Below, piece after piece: positions 48,178 to 59,629 of a DNA stretch of 64,000 bases. The translations under genes were made by a program, and so were the position numbers. A model generated the notes under the pieces. That model was not told the origin of the DNA. It did no database searches and was given only the letters and a program-made list of their open reading frames with translations. The DNA lies in IMG/VR virus record IMGVR_UViG_3300046005_000547, positions 170,736 to 234,735 of that record; one strand, given 5' to 3'. Position 1 is the stretch's first letter; the number at the start of each line of letters is the position of its first letter.

Positions 48178-50963
48178 GCCAAATTACCTGTGCCGTACAT
48201 TTTTGTTGTTTCTTATGTTTATCGAGATACACTGCTGTTCTTACAATTCCAGTATGACCAAATCCATCATCAAATGGTTCTTCAATGTATTCAATTAATT
48301 GACAAGGAGGTTTGGTGTATATAGGATAAAATGGTACAATTTTGTTAGACATAATATATGATTGTCCCAAATGAATTGAATACCGTTATATTAGAAACAG
48401 TGTATCCTTGAGAACGATAATGATTTCTAATATTAGATACATTTTCTATAATCATTTTGGTATCCGTATTTTCATCAACTGGTATTGATATAGGAAACGT
48501 ATTGGTTCGTTCCTTTAATATGATTTGTATTAACATTTTAAATTCCAAAAAGAAACCGATATGCAATTAACATATCGGTTTGAATTATTGATAAAGATTA
48601 TACCATGAGACGAATTGTTCTTTTGAAATCAACCCAAAACTAACTAAATCATATACCGTATCTTCAAAACATCCTCTGAGATTAACATTGAATTCGATTT
48701 GATTGTATTTGTATAGAATGTCGATGTTCTTTGCTTGGAATAAATCAACCAGAGATTCAATTAATTTCAATTCAATATCAGGGTCATGACAATACCCAAA
48801 TACAAATTTACGTTCTTTGTAGAAGAACCATTGGTCATTATGGTCTTGTTTCATTGTTAATTGACATTCGACTTCCATTATATCTTTAACAATATGAATT
48901 TCTGTGTCTTCTTTAATTGTAAATTTCATACCATCAGAAGTGATAACAACGTAATATCTATCATCCAATGTTGCATAGAACCAAAGATAATCCGTCTTCC
49001 ATTCATCTAATCTGAATACATAACCGTCTTGCGGATATAATGTACCTTCATCAGGACATTCTCTGTATAAATCTTTATTTTGCAGTAGTTCGTTTATCTT
49101 CATGTTTTAATTGGTAATTAATAATCAATGATGTTATAATGACAACAATCAACATTAAGAATAACGGTTTATAGATTAAAGAAACAGCCAATAATGTAAC
49201 AATTATCCCAATTAGAAATTTCATCATAATTTATTTTTCGTATTTGTATGTTGTAAGATATCCAGCGTAAAATATAACGACTACGTTGAAAATTAAAAAT
49301 GCTATGTTATAGATATAGTCCAACATTATAGTCTAATCCTAAGTCTTCGATAAATTGAGTGAATGTTTGATTGTTTAAGAAAACTGCTTGGACATGTTTG
49401 TTCTTGCGATTGACTCTGTTGGTATAGAATTTATATTGTTTATTGTTGATGAATTCCAACAATATCACAATAGTGTTTTCGCAACCAGTAGCCATGTAAA
49501 TGTTGATAATCGGAACCTTAGATAAATCAAATGAAAAGTATTGACCACAAGAATCTGATACATCAACTCGTTTTATTTTACAACAAGTTGATTCCCCTTC
49601 ATATGGAACACATTCATTTGTATGTTCATCATTAGAATTCTCGTTACCATTATTTCGATTATCATTTCTTGTTACAATTAAATCTGTCATACTATCTCCC
49701 CAAACGGTCAATGAAAACATTTCTCATTGTATGATATTATTTATTAAAATGGATTCGTTTTACACCTTGAATTTCTTTTTGTATTCTTCCGTACAATTTC
49801 TGATGAATAATTGTTTGGTCGCTTCATTGAAATTGTCGTATCTTGAACCATATTCATCAATGTACATTTTAATGTATTCATCTAATGTCATAGTTTGTCC
49901 TCATTATACATAACTAGACAAGCGATAACAATCATCAATATTCCAGTTAAAATAAGACCTAATGTTTTAAACAACCAAGAAATCATTCCCAGAAAAATAA
50001 TAAAAAATCCTAATACAATAATCTGTTCCATATTATGATCCAATAATTTTGTTATACTCTACAATCCATTCAACAGGAATTTCTTTACCAGTTTCAATTC
50101 TATTGTTGATTGACTCTTTTAGGATAATCTTGAGAAGACCAATATCTTTTGTATCAGATTTAACACGTTCAATTTCTTCAATTAAATCATATTGATGAGG
50201 TCGTTCTTCTCCTTCCAACCATGAACCATTTTTATTCCAATAATCACCTTGTCCATTTGTAAATCTATCGCCTTGATTATTGGTTCCAATTATTTTCACA
50301 ATTGAATCATTTCTTCTACGATACTTCTTACCAACTTCTAATCTAAGATCCCATTTTACAAAAAAATTTGACGGACATTCAAACGTTTTTTCTAATGCAT
50401 CTTGTATTGTTAAATGCGAACAGATACATCCATCTTTATTGTAAACAGAATATGATACAACACCATTATAATTATTTTGGATGATAGAATATGGCGTTTT
50501 ATAATCGTCATTGCGTTGATGAATCCATCCCATTCTAATCATTGTTTAAAACCTCTGTTACATCAGTCATAGTAATTGTTTCTGGGTTATACCAAACTTT
50601 GATTGAATCAACCACTCGATATTTTTCACCATCATTCCATACATCAACAAATTCTTCAATCAATTCTAATATACAATAATCATCAATTTCATTATTCTGA
50701 GACGCAGCATTTTTAATGTATTCTGGTAAAGATTTAAACCAATCAATAACAGATTGTTCGATATCACAAATTTCTCGATTACCAAACGTATTATCGAAAC
50801 TGTTCGATTTGTATCCAGAATTAAACTTTTTGTATATTTCATTCAAGAATAATACTTCCGACCATTCTAATCCAGTGTGAGTTTCTGTTTTGTAATTATC
50901 TCCATCATTTTCCCAAGTGGTAAGTTCAACATAATAACCAGATTCAATAATTTTATCGCTCAT
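48167..50963 (-). other. Block of small hypothetical phage ORFs (48167-48370, 48345-48566, 48585-49103, 49307-49720, 50033-50542, 50535-50963)
   Basis: Co-oriented, tightly packed ORFs with no recognisable motifs. Confidence 0.6.
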
Positions 50964-50964
50964 A

Positions 50965-51888
50965 TCAATCGTCCTCTTTGAATTTTCTAATAAGATTTAA
51001 TTCTAACGCATTTTTGAATTTAATACAATAGTCTTCATTATAATTTTCTTTAATCAAATCATAATTTCTCCAACACCATTCTCTGAACCAACCAGACGTA
51101 ATACTCGTACAGACTTTAACAAGAGCAATATCAAATGTCTTCTTTGGATCCGTCTTAAATTCATTTGGTATCAACCCGCGTTCCAATGATAATACATAAC
51201 ATTCTTCTAACGCGCAATGTAATCGTTGTTGTTCAGTTAATGTATTCCATTTATCCAATGAACATTTAACTTGTTGACCTTCTTCGATAATCATCTTATA
51301 CGCAGGTTGTTCTCCAATTTTGACCGATTCATGAATGTCATCGTGTTGATAAAAATTGTAAGTTTCATCCTTGAAGAACATATTCTTATCTACATTCAAT
51401 ACCGGATGTTTGTAATTATACGTTTCTTTTTCTCTACGTTCAAAGAATTCCTTGTCTTCAATAACGGCACCAGCAGCTTCCATTAACTTAATGTCATTCA
51501 TTGTCTTATGGAAATGCGGCGAATTCTTGAGGTAACGATGACTCATCTTTAATTCATATAGTAGATCCAAATCTGCGATAGTGTTGATAATAATTTCTCT
51601 ATCCGGTTGGTCGACAATTGTATTTTTGTATCGATTAAGAATCATTTCCGCTGTTGAACCTTGCCAAGCAATTTCAATTTCAACAATTTTATCGTCATAT
51701 TTTACAATTTGTTTCTTACCATTATTGGTGGGGTAACATGCACGAATTGTTTTATGTTGTTTCAACAATCCAATGTATTTACAATAAGTATCCCATTTCA
51801 TAATCTTATCCGAATCTCTTGGTTCTCTACCAATATCAAGATGTTGCGATAAAGCGTAACTTCCTATATGAACTATTTGATGGATCAT
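50965..51888 (-). CDS. Putative minimal-nucleotidyltransferase-domain protein conserved in large myoviruses
   Basis: HIGSYAL...REPRDSD (GS...DxD); LKMSHRY; YQHDDIHESV. Confidence 0.55.
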   Translation of the reverse strand: MIHQIVHIGSYALSQHLDIGREPRDSDKIMKWDTYCKYIGLLKQHKTIRACYPTNNGKKQIVKYDDKIVEIEIAWQGSTAEMILNRYKNTIVDQPDREIIINTIADLDLLYELKMSHRYLKNSPHFHKTMNDIKLMEAAGAVIEDKEFFERREKETYNYKHPVLNVDKNMFFKDETYNFYQHDDIHESVKIGEQPAYKMIIEEGQQVKCSLDKWNTLTEQQRLHCALEECYVLSLERGLIPNEFKTDPKKTFDIALVKVCTSITSGWFREWCWRNYDLIKENYNEDYCIKFKNALELNLIRKFKEDD

Positions 51889-51913
51889 AGTGACCTCTAT
51901 GTTATTGTTTTAA

Positions 51914-53650
51914 TTAACAACTTTGCGAGCTTGGATTCCAACCTTGATTGTCAGACGAAATCCAATCGTCATCTGATGCAGCCCAGCTTGGTTTATACCC
52001 AGTGCCATAAAATGTCCCATTCATACCATATTCGAGATCCCAATCAAATTCTAAACCAAATTCATTGGCAATTGCTTCAGCTTTATTGATATTGGTATAA
52101 GCACCATCAAGTAATTCTGCGATCTGTTGGTTTGCTTCTTTGATTTGTTCTTCTGTAAATTTGCTCATGTTAAATTCCTAATTGAGATTCAATGATTACT
52201 TCTAATTCTGTTCTTGTCATCTTTGTGATTACATAATTTCTATCATGTAACCAATCAGCCAATGTCTTCAGTCTGTTCTTTTCCAATGTTCCTTTGTAGA
52301 ATATAGTTGATGAGATTCCTTGTTCATCAATAAGTTTTGTGGAACCGTAAGATAATTCTAATTTAAATTTTTTCATTGTACACCAAATACTGTTTGTAAT
52401 CGTTCAACAATTCCAACATCAATAATCATTGCCTGCGCAAATAATACAATCATTATAACCAAAGATTTGATTCCGTATGAGGTAACAATCATCAGATTCC
52501 TTCACTATATCGTCTTTAGATAGACCAGTATGTTTCATCAGATAACTTCTGAATCTAGCGAAGTTATCGCTGAATGGAATTACAGTTCTGTTATCAATTT
52601 TAATGTTCAGTTTCATTTGACTTCCTGATACATTATTGTAAATGTTGTAGAATTTAATCCATCATCTAAATGATGAGAGAATCCAATAACTTTGTATCCA
52701 TTTTCAATCATGTATTCCACTTGTCGTTCGCAAATTTCATAACTGGAATACGTTTCGATTTTAATGTTCATATCAATACCATTCTTTATCAAATTGTCTT
52801 AATTCGCCGAATTTACCACCTTCAATTAAATTGATACTTTGATAAAATAACCAAGTTCCACCAAATATCAACACCATTTTAAAGATACAATCTAATAATG
52901 GAAATCCCCCAATATACCCTAAGATGAACGATAATGCCACCAAGATAATCCATCCAACTGTTTTACTTTTCATTTGTTAATATTCCTTTCAATTCCGATA
53001 GATGTTTAACAATTCCATCAATAATTTCATTAATTGATTCCGAATTGTTCGTTAAAATTTCAACATTTTGTTTTGTTCTATCGAAGAATTGGGAATAATA
53101 ACGATTATGGTCTAAAATTCTTCTATCAAATTGTTGAATTTCGCAAATAAGATTTTCAATATCGCGTTGTATATTATTCATATTTGAATTGTCCTGTTCT
53201 CATAAAATGTTCAGTTAATTTTAAAGCTAATTGATGTTCTTTAGAAATCCTTTTAAATGAAGCTAAGATTCTCCAATACGGTCTTGACTTATCTTCGGTC
53301 TCAATCAGATTGATTTTGGCATATTCTGTTAACACGATTTTGTTCTTATCAGCAAATTCCAATATCTGTTCATGAGATGGTTTGAAATGTAATTTCATCA
53401 TTAAATGGGATTCGCTGATAACTACATTTTCATCTTTGATTTGTCTGTCGTCATTTATGTCGTCAATAGCAACTTGAATGTAATCAATACGTCGTTGTAT
53501 ATAGTCATCATCGATTTCTTGAGATTCATCTAACGAATTTTGTAGAATGTATTTGGTTGTACTCAATATACCCATTAACAATTCTTCATTGGTCATCTTA
53601 GTTGATTGTCTGATTGTCATTAGATACACTCCAGTAAGATATCCAAACAA
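51914..53650 (-). other. Block of small hypothetical phage ORFs (51914-52168, 52170-52376, 52419-52616, 52773-52973, 52963-53181, 53174-53650)
   Basis: Co-oriented packed ORFs; one is hydrophobic (52773-52973). Confidence 0.6.
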
Positions 53651-54117
53651 ATAGTTGATTGTGTCTTATTCATATTTCGATTCTGTCTTAGATATTGAAT
53701 AATCTGAATTGTTGATTTCTTATAATTATCAGATGGACAATCCATTACATTCGATAATCTATCAACTAATTTAATGGTAAGTCCGTAAGATGACATCGAA
53801 ACTAATTTCAACATCAGGTAATTAGTCTTACCAATAATTTTAATTTGTTCATCGTCGGAAGTCATCTCATCAACTAGGTTGGCAATCAGATCCCCAAATC
53901 TCGTTCTGATTTCATCGTTAGATACTTCACAGTCTTCTTGTACGTCATGTAATAGACAAACAGAAACCAATGATTCGATGTTCTTAGATGTTTTATATTT
54001 GCGTAACAATTCTGCTACATGAATAGGATGAGTGATATATTCTTTACCAGTCTTTCTTCTGAATTGACCTTGATGTTGTTCTGTGGCAAATTTTAACGCA
54101 TCGTCGATAATGTTCAT
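53620..54117 (-). CDS. HD-domain small alarmone hydrolase (SpoT/Mesh1-like)
   Basis: ALKFATEQHQGQFR...YITHPIHVA; LLHDVQED; IKLVDRLSN. Confidence 0.88.
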   Translation of the reverse strand: MNIIDDALKFATEQHQGQFRRKTGKEYITHPIHVAELLRKYKTSKNIESLVSVCLLHDVQEDCEVSNDEIRTRFGDLIANLVDEMTSDDEQIKIIGKTNYLMLKLVSMSSYGLTIKLVDRLSNVMDCPSDNYKKSTIQIIQYLRQNRNMNKTQSTICLDILLECI

Positions 54118-54123
54118 TTAACA

Positions 54124-54223
54124 CCATTATTTGTTGTTTTAAGATGGATTAGATTTATCATGTAGAGTTGATTGACATATTATGGAAACGTTCCACTAGA
54201 GTGGATTATTGGACAAATAATGG
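54124..54223. repeat. Inverted-repeat element copy H4
   Basis: Arms CCATTATTTGT (54124-54134) / ACAAATAATGG (54213-54223); core TCATGTAGAGTTGATTGACA. Confidence 0.9.
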
Positions 54224-54247
54224 AGGAATTATATGCCAATCAACGAA

Positions 54248-55396
54248 TCATTTTTGTACAAAAACGAATGTACAATTACCAGAATCAATCATACAAGTTT
54301 TTAATTTGTTTTTTAATTCTAATGGTGACATCTGGTCGATGTATTGGAACGTCATTTCAATGTCATGGGTTTGTTCAAGTTTATATTGAGAATGAACTTG
54401 AAATCCACTGATACAACTGACAATCAATAATCCACCAGCAATGTTAATGAACATTTTATCTTTGTCATGTTTTTGTAGATAATACAAACTATAACAAAGG
54501 ATAACGATAATTGCGTAATTTGCTTGTAATAGATACGACCACATTTCATCCACCTAAGATTAAACTTGATACATAGACTTGTTGTATCTTATTTGTAGAT
54601 AAGAAATGTACAAGTATATTAACGTGATGATTGTTACCCGTCAAGAACGGTTCGGATATGATTTTACATCTGGCTCTTTCTGGGTGAAATGTAGCAAGTT
54701 GTCCCAATAAAGAACTGTTAATTGAAACGTTCATTTAATACTCATCCTGATTAGACCAGTATTCATAAGACATTTCCAAAAGGACATCTTCAAGGTTAGA
54801 TAATGTTTCTGGTAAAAATTCATCCCAATGTATATTGGCAACAATTTCTCCATCATTACCATACCAATACATTCTTTCGATAAATTCTCCTGTTATAACA
54901 ACCGTTGTATTAACACCGTTGAACACCACTTCATATTTACCTTCTGGTAAAGGTGGAACATCATTGTCTGAATCATGTCCATTAAAGAACCAGTTATCGT
55001 AATCGCTTGACATTGTATTATCCTCTATTGAAATAAGTTGAAAGAAGTTTCTTTATCAACAAAGACTGAAAGATGTTTAACATTTTCATATAATGCCATC
55101 ATTTCTTCACCCTCCCCTTTGTAATTGCATAATTCACAAATCAATAATTCTGGATTGTATTCAACTCCGAATTCTTCTTTGAAACGGATTGTTGGTTCAA
55201 TGTAACAGAATTTACGTTCATTGTCAGACAAATCGTTCCATTCTTCCATCAACATTTCCATGTATTCAGACGCTTGGTAAGGTTTTGAACGGAACATGTT
55301 TCTGTACATTTTGTTTGCTTGTTCAAATGTTCTTGGATCTTTCAAACCAGCTTCAAGAGCTTCAGCTAATTCAGTTTTGAAATTTGGATTTGACAT
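54248..55396 (-). other. Small hypothetical ORFs (54248-54553, 54546-54734, 54735-55013, 55025-55396)
   Basis: Packed ORFs downstream of promoter 55462-55489. Confidence 0.6.
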
Positions 55397-55429
55397 AATA
55401 ACCACCTTATATAGAGTTCGTTTAATTTA

Positions 55430-55489
55430 AAAGTTCATTGGATTCTTCCAACTTGAACTCTATTATAATGATTTTTATTTACATCGAAA
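55430..55489 (-). promoter_or_regulatory. Early promoter plus stem-loop leader identical to 27365-27402
   Basis: TTTCGA-N16-TATAAT at 55462-55489; 38-bp identity. Confidence 0.8.
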
Positions 55490-56136
55490 GAACTTTCTAA
55501 AGATTTAATATAAAAATTAATGTCGTGTGAATTTTTAATAAATTTACCAGTCAATCTATCTTTGATTATGTCCATTATATTACAGTCTTGAACGATATTC
55601 CCTTTGGAATTTATATACATTAAAATCCCATGATGTCTATAAGGATAAATCGGAGTCATGGGAGCATAATCATACGCAGCAGCAAATCTATAATGTGTTG
55701 ATTTAACGTTATCCACAAATTCTTTATTACCAATTCTAGGGGATCCAAAAGAATATATGACACAATCATCTCTGTCGATTAAATGTGAAAAGATAACTGC
55801 GATTGCACCACCCAATGAATGTCCAGTCAAATATAATTTTTTATTTTTGTCTAATCTATCACCCAATGATTCCAATAACAATTCAGAATATCTCAAGAAT
55901 CCACTTTGAATCCCTTTTTTCAATGTAAATGATATATCAGCAATCCAATCTTCTGGTTCGTCAGTGCCTCTGAATACAATTATTTGTTCAGTTTCTGATT
56001 CCAATAAGAATGCTTGCGCAAAACAATTTGAAAATAATTCAACAGAATACCCTTGTACAGTTATTGAATCGTTGTATGATTGTTTAGATAGATTAGCGAA
56101 GAATAATGCTTCATATAGAATCATAAATCTGTCCAT
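55435..56136 (-). CDS. Class 3 lipase (alpha/beta hydrolase)
   Basis: IVFRGTD, LTGHSLGGAIA nucleophile elbow, SFGSPRIGN, HDI..Y. Confidence 0.9.
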   Translation of the reverse strand: MDRFMILYEALFFANLSKQSYNDSITVQGYSVELFSNCFAQAFLLESETEQIIVFRGTDEPEDWIADISFTLKKGIQSGFLRYSELLLESLGDRLDKNKKLYLTGHSLGGAIAVIFSHLIDRDDCVIYSFGSPRIGNKEFVDNVKSTHYRFAAAYDYAPMTPIYPYRHHGILMYINSKGNIVQDCNIMDIIKDRLTGKFIKNSHDINFYIKSLESSFDVNKNHYNRVQVGRIQ

Positions 56137-57787
56137 TCTCTATCAATAAAATAAGACCAAGCATACAACCAAAGTAAAATATACAATGGAAATGCATATT
56201 TGATGTTGAACCAGTCCAATTTTAAGTGTTCCAAATAAAAGAAAGGAAATACACCACATGTAATTGGACTGAATATAATAATGAGATACCATAAATTCTT
56301 TTTCATTTAATATCTCATGGAGTCATATAATGTATCTGTTGAATCTGAAATTGTATATACGGATCCTTGACCGTCGTATCTTCTGAAGAGCAACCCTCGA
56401 TATTCATAACAATATGACATGAACATAGAATCTTCATCCGTTGATTCTACTCCAAATTCGGCGGCGGTTTCAAATAATGCATTATTAAAGAATCTACATC
56501 TACCATTATTCGATTTGTCGATAATCTTATGTAAAACAATTTTAAAGTCTGCGTCAGATAATCCATTTAGATAAACGCCAAATTGTTCTTCGCGTTCTTC
56601 TTGTCGTCTCAACATTTTAAAATGTTTATCTAAAGATGCTTCTCCTTCAGGAGTGTTCATCCAATCTATCATTGATTGTATTGGGTGTTTATTATTCGAC
56701 ATGTAATACTCTCTTCAAAAACGATTCAAGGTGTTCAACCATTTCTTTATGGACATCCATTATGTTATCGATATATTCAGAATTTGTAAATGGTTCTAAT
56801 TTATCGATGTAATGACTGTACATTGAACTTACTAATGCAGAAATCGGTAACACAATTATTGATACCAATGCAATCATTAACGCAACAACTTGAATCGACC
56901 AATATATAAACGTTCTGTATAAGATTTGTCTCATTTATCCTCCAATTTATGGAAAATTTCAATATCAACTTCTGATTCCCAATCCAAGTATTCTTTTAAC
57001 ACAGATAATCCATTATCGTCGCATAAATCAATTTTGTTGAAACTCCAAGGTCCGTCATGTTCTTTTACATGTTGAATCCTGAACGATCTATAATTTTGTT
57101 TAAAGATAATACAGACATCAGAACGAACCGAGCTTAAAAAGATATTGTAATCTATTGTGTTTATTGAAGAATCCTTTCCTCGAAAATGTAAATACTTTTT
57201 GATTTCTTTCAATAACATATTATTCTCTATATTTGTTTGTGAACAAAGCATCATATAATAATTTTGTATATCCAATAACAGCGATACACCCGACAATCAT
57301 AAACAACGCATTCCAAATCATAACCACTCCTCAATAATGTTTAACAATTCGTCGATAGTCTCAAATTTACCATTATCTACATCGATTATAACATAATCTC
57401 CATCCCCTTTAAGACAACAAATCACTTCGCCTATTTGTTTACCGATATCTACAACCATTTTAATTGTGGTGTCTGTATTAGTTAATTCAAACACTCTACC
57501 AACCGTCGAAGGATAATTTCTAATCAGGAACTTTGTTCTCAATAATTCATTGAATTGGATCTGATTATGTAATGATTCTTTCTTCATGACGATCACCCTT
57601 CACATTTAACTGAATACCCAAGGATTGAATCTTGGTTCATTTGTTCCAACAATTTGACTTGTTCTTGTTTTCCTCTGATGCATTCAGAACGAGAAGGATA
57701 CCCAATTTTGTATTCATGATTCACCAATTCAGTTTGTCCACCAGTGATTATTGATGCAGAGAGAAAGGAAACGATTAAGATTGACAT
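56121..57787 (-). other. Small hypothetical ORFs (56121-56306, 56307-56702, 56692-56934, 56931-57296, 57318-57596, 57593-57787), several membrane-associated
   Basis: Packed ORFs downstream of promoter TTTCGA-N16-TATAAT at 57844-57871. Confidence 0.6.
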
Positions 57788-57899
57788 TGTTATTACCTCA
57801 TAAAATTGTAAATGAAATTCAGGATTAAACCAACTTGAAATCTATTATAATGATTTTAATATACATCGAAAGGAATTTTCCAGTTGAAATGTATATAAA

Positions 57900-59560
57900 A
57901 TAAAGTCGAGGAAGACACTAAAAGAAAACCTAAAAACAATAGATACACTAACTCAAACCGTCGACATAGTCTAGTATATCCGAGTTTTATCGATTTCGAA
58001 AGGAGTATTCTTATCATGTAATAATCATATTCGATGCTTACGGTTATCCTTCGATGTCCTTAATGCTCTTTCGATATGTTGAATTTACAGTTTCGATGTA
58101 ATCATTAAATCCTTTCCAATTATTTGTTGTTTAAGATGGATTCATTATATCCTGTAGAGTTGATTGACATTTAACATAAAGATTCCATTAGAGTGGATTA
58201 TTGGACAAACAATAGATACATTAGGGTTGTTTTGGAATGACAATTCTGTATATTGAATCCAATAAAAATCCCAACAGAATGTTTAGTTCATATTGGGATT
58301 CTGGATGACAGAGATTTTATGTTGAATAATTGATATAATAAAGTCTATAAAATGTCTTGTGATGATATAATAAAGTCTATAAAGAGTCTTGAAGTAATAT
58401 AAAAGAATACTAAAACGAGTAAAGAACATTAATAGAACTAACTCAAACCGTCGACATAGTCTAGTATACTGGGTTTTTTATTATTTCGAAAGGAGTATAA
58501 GACGATGATTATTACACATTCGATACATTATTTCATCTTAAGATTCCGTTTCGATGTTTAATATGTTCTTTCGATATGTTGAATTTACAACTTCGATGTT
58601 CTTGTTTATTATAGACATCCATATTGTTGTTTTATGATGGATTCAATATATCCTGTAGAGTTGATTGACATATAATGGAAACGATCCATTAGAGCCCATT
58701 AACGAGCAAATAATGGATATATTAAGAATGATTCGGAACAAACATATTGTAAATTTCAAACAATAAAAATCCCACTCAGAATAAATCTGGCGGGATCTGA
58801 ATGACGGAGATTTTATGTTGAATATAGATGATTATATTATGTCGTTGTAGTAATATAATAATGTCTATAAAGAATCTAATAGTAATATAGAAGAACACTT
58901 AATGAAAGTAAAGGCAATAACTGAAACGTCGACATAGTCTACTATAATTGAATTTCGTCGAAAAGTCAAGAGAAATCTTTAGCTTGTAATAATCATATTC
59001 GATGCCTTAGATTATCGAACAATACCTTTAATGCTCTTTCGATACATGGTATCTATTGTTTCGATGTTAACATAAAATCCTGTCCAGTTATTTGCTGATT
59101 TAAGATGGAGAGATTTTATGACATAGAGTTGATTGACATAATATACAAAGATTCCATTAAGATGGAATATTGGACAAATAATGGATGTTATATGATTGGA
59201 TTGAAATCATATTATGTAAATTTTAAACAATAAAAATCCCAACAGAATGATTAGTTCACGTTGGGATGAATTATAAAGTCGATAAAGAATCTTGAAGTAA
59301 TATAGAAAACAATAAAAGAATATAGAAATGTTATTAAAGGTAATAACTGAAACGTCGACATAGTCTACTATACCCGAGTTTCTGACATTTCGAAAGGAGT
59401 TTAAGACGTTGATTATATCAAGCTCGACGTTTCGTGTATTCTTAAGACTCTTTCGATACATTGAATTTACATCTTCGATGTTAACATTTAATCCTACATG
59501 GAAATTTGCTGATTTAAGGACGATTCATTATATCCTGTAGAGTTTCCTGTCATACATAAT
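57900..59560. repeat. Tandem cassette array B: four units, no credible genes
   Basis: GTCGACATAGTCTA anchors at 57960, 58450, 58928, 59354 (periods 490, 478, 426); hairpin cores at 58150, 58651, 59119, 59533; terminators at about 58261-58300, 58762-58797, 59229-59267. Confidence 0.95.
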
Positions 59561-59629
59561 AAAAACATGTTAAATTGTATTATTGAACAAACAAATAAAT
59601 AAATAAATAAAATAACAAAAGGATAATCC

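Noticed and set aside
54124-54223. Integron attC sites
   Set aside because: Hairpin elements lack RYYYAAC/GTTRRRY ends, and no tyrosine recombinase is present in the window.
58114-58718. CsrA/Rsm sponge RNA (many ATGGA/GGA motifs on the + strand)
   Set aside because: The GGA motifs fall in the predicted stems rather than loops, and no convincing + strand promoter was found.
25590-59360. Leaderless hydrophobic peptides (MSTFQL...) starting at the array TSS, type I toxin-like
   Set aside because: Open for 19-36 codons in three units, but a 1-nt indel gives MSTV* in the other three, so coding is not conserved. Not excluded for individual units.
59207-59461. 84-aa minus-strand ORF in the track
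   Set aside because: Runs through a promoter and into a terminator of the repeat unit, and the frame is not kept in the other units; probably spurious.
57900-59560. CRISPR or TIGR-type guide array
   Set aside because: Period is 426-490 bp with several distinct conserved blocks, not short repeats with uniform spacers; no cas or Nop-domain gene seen in the window.
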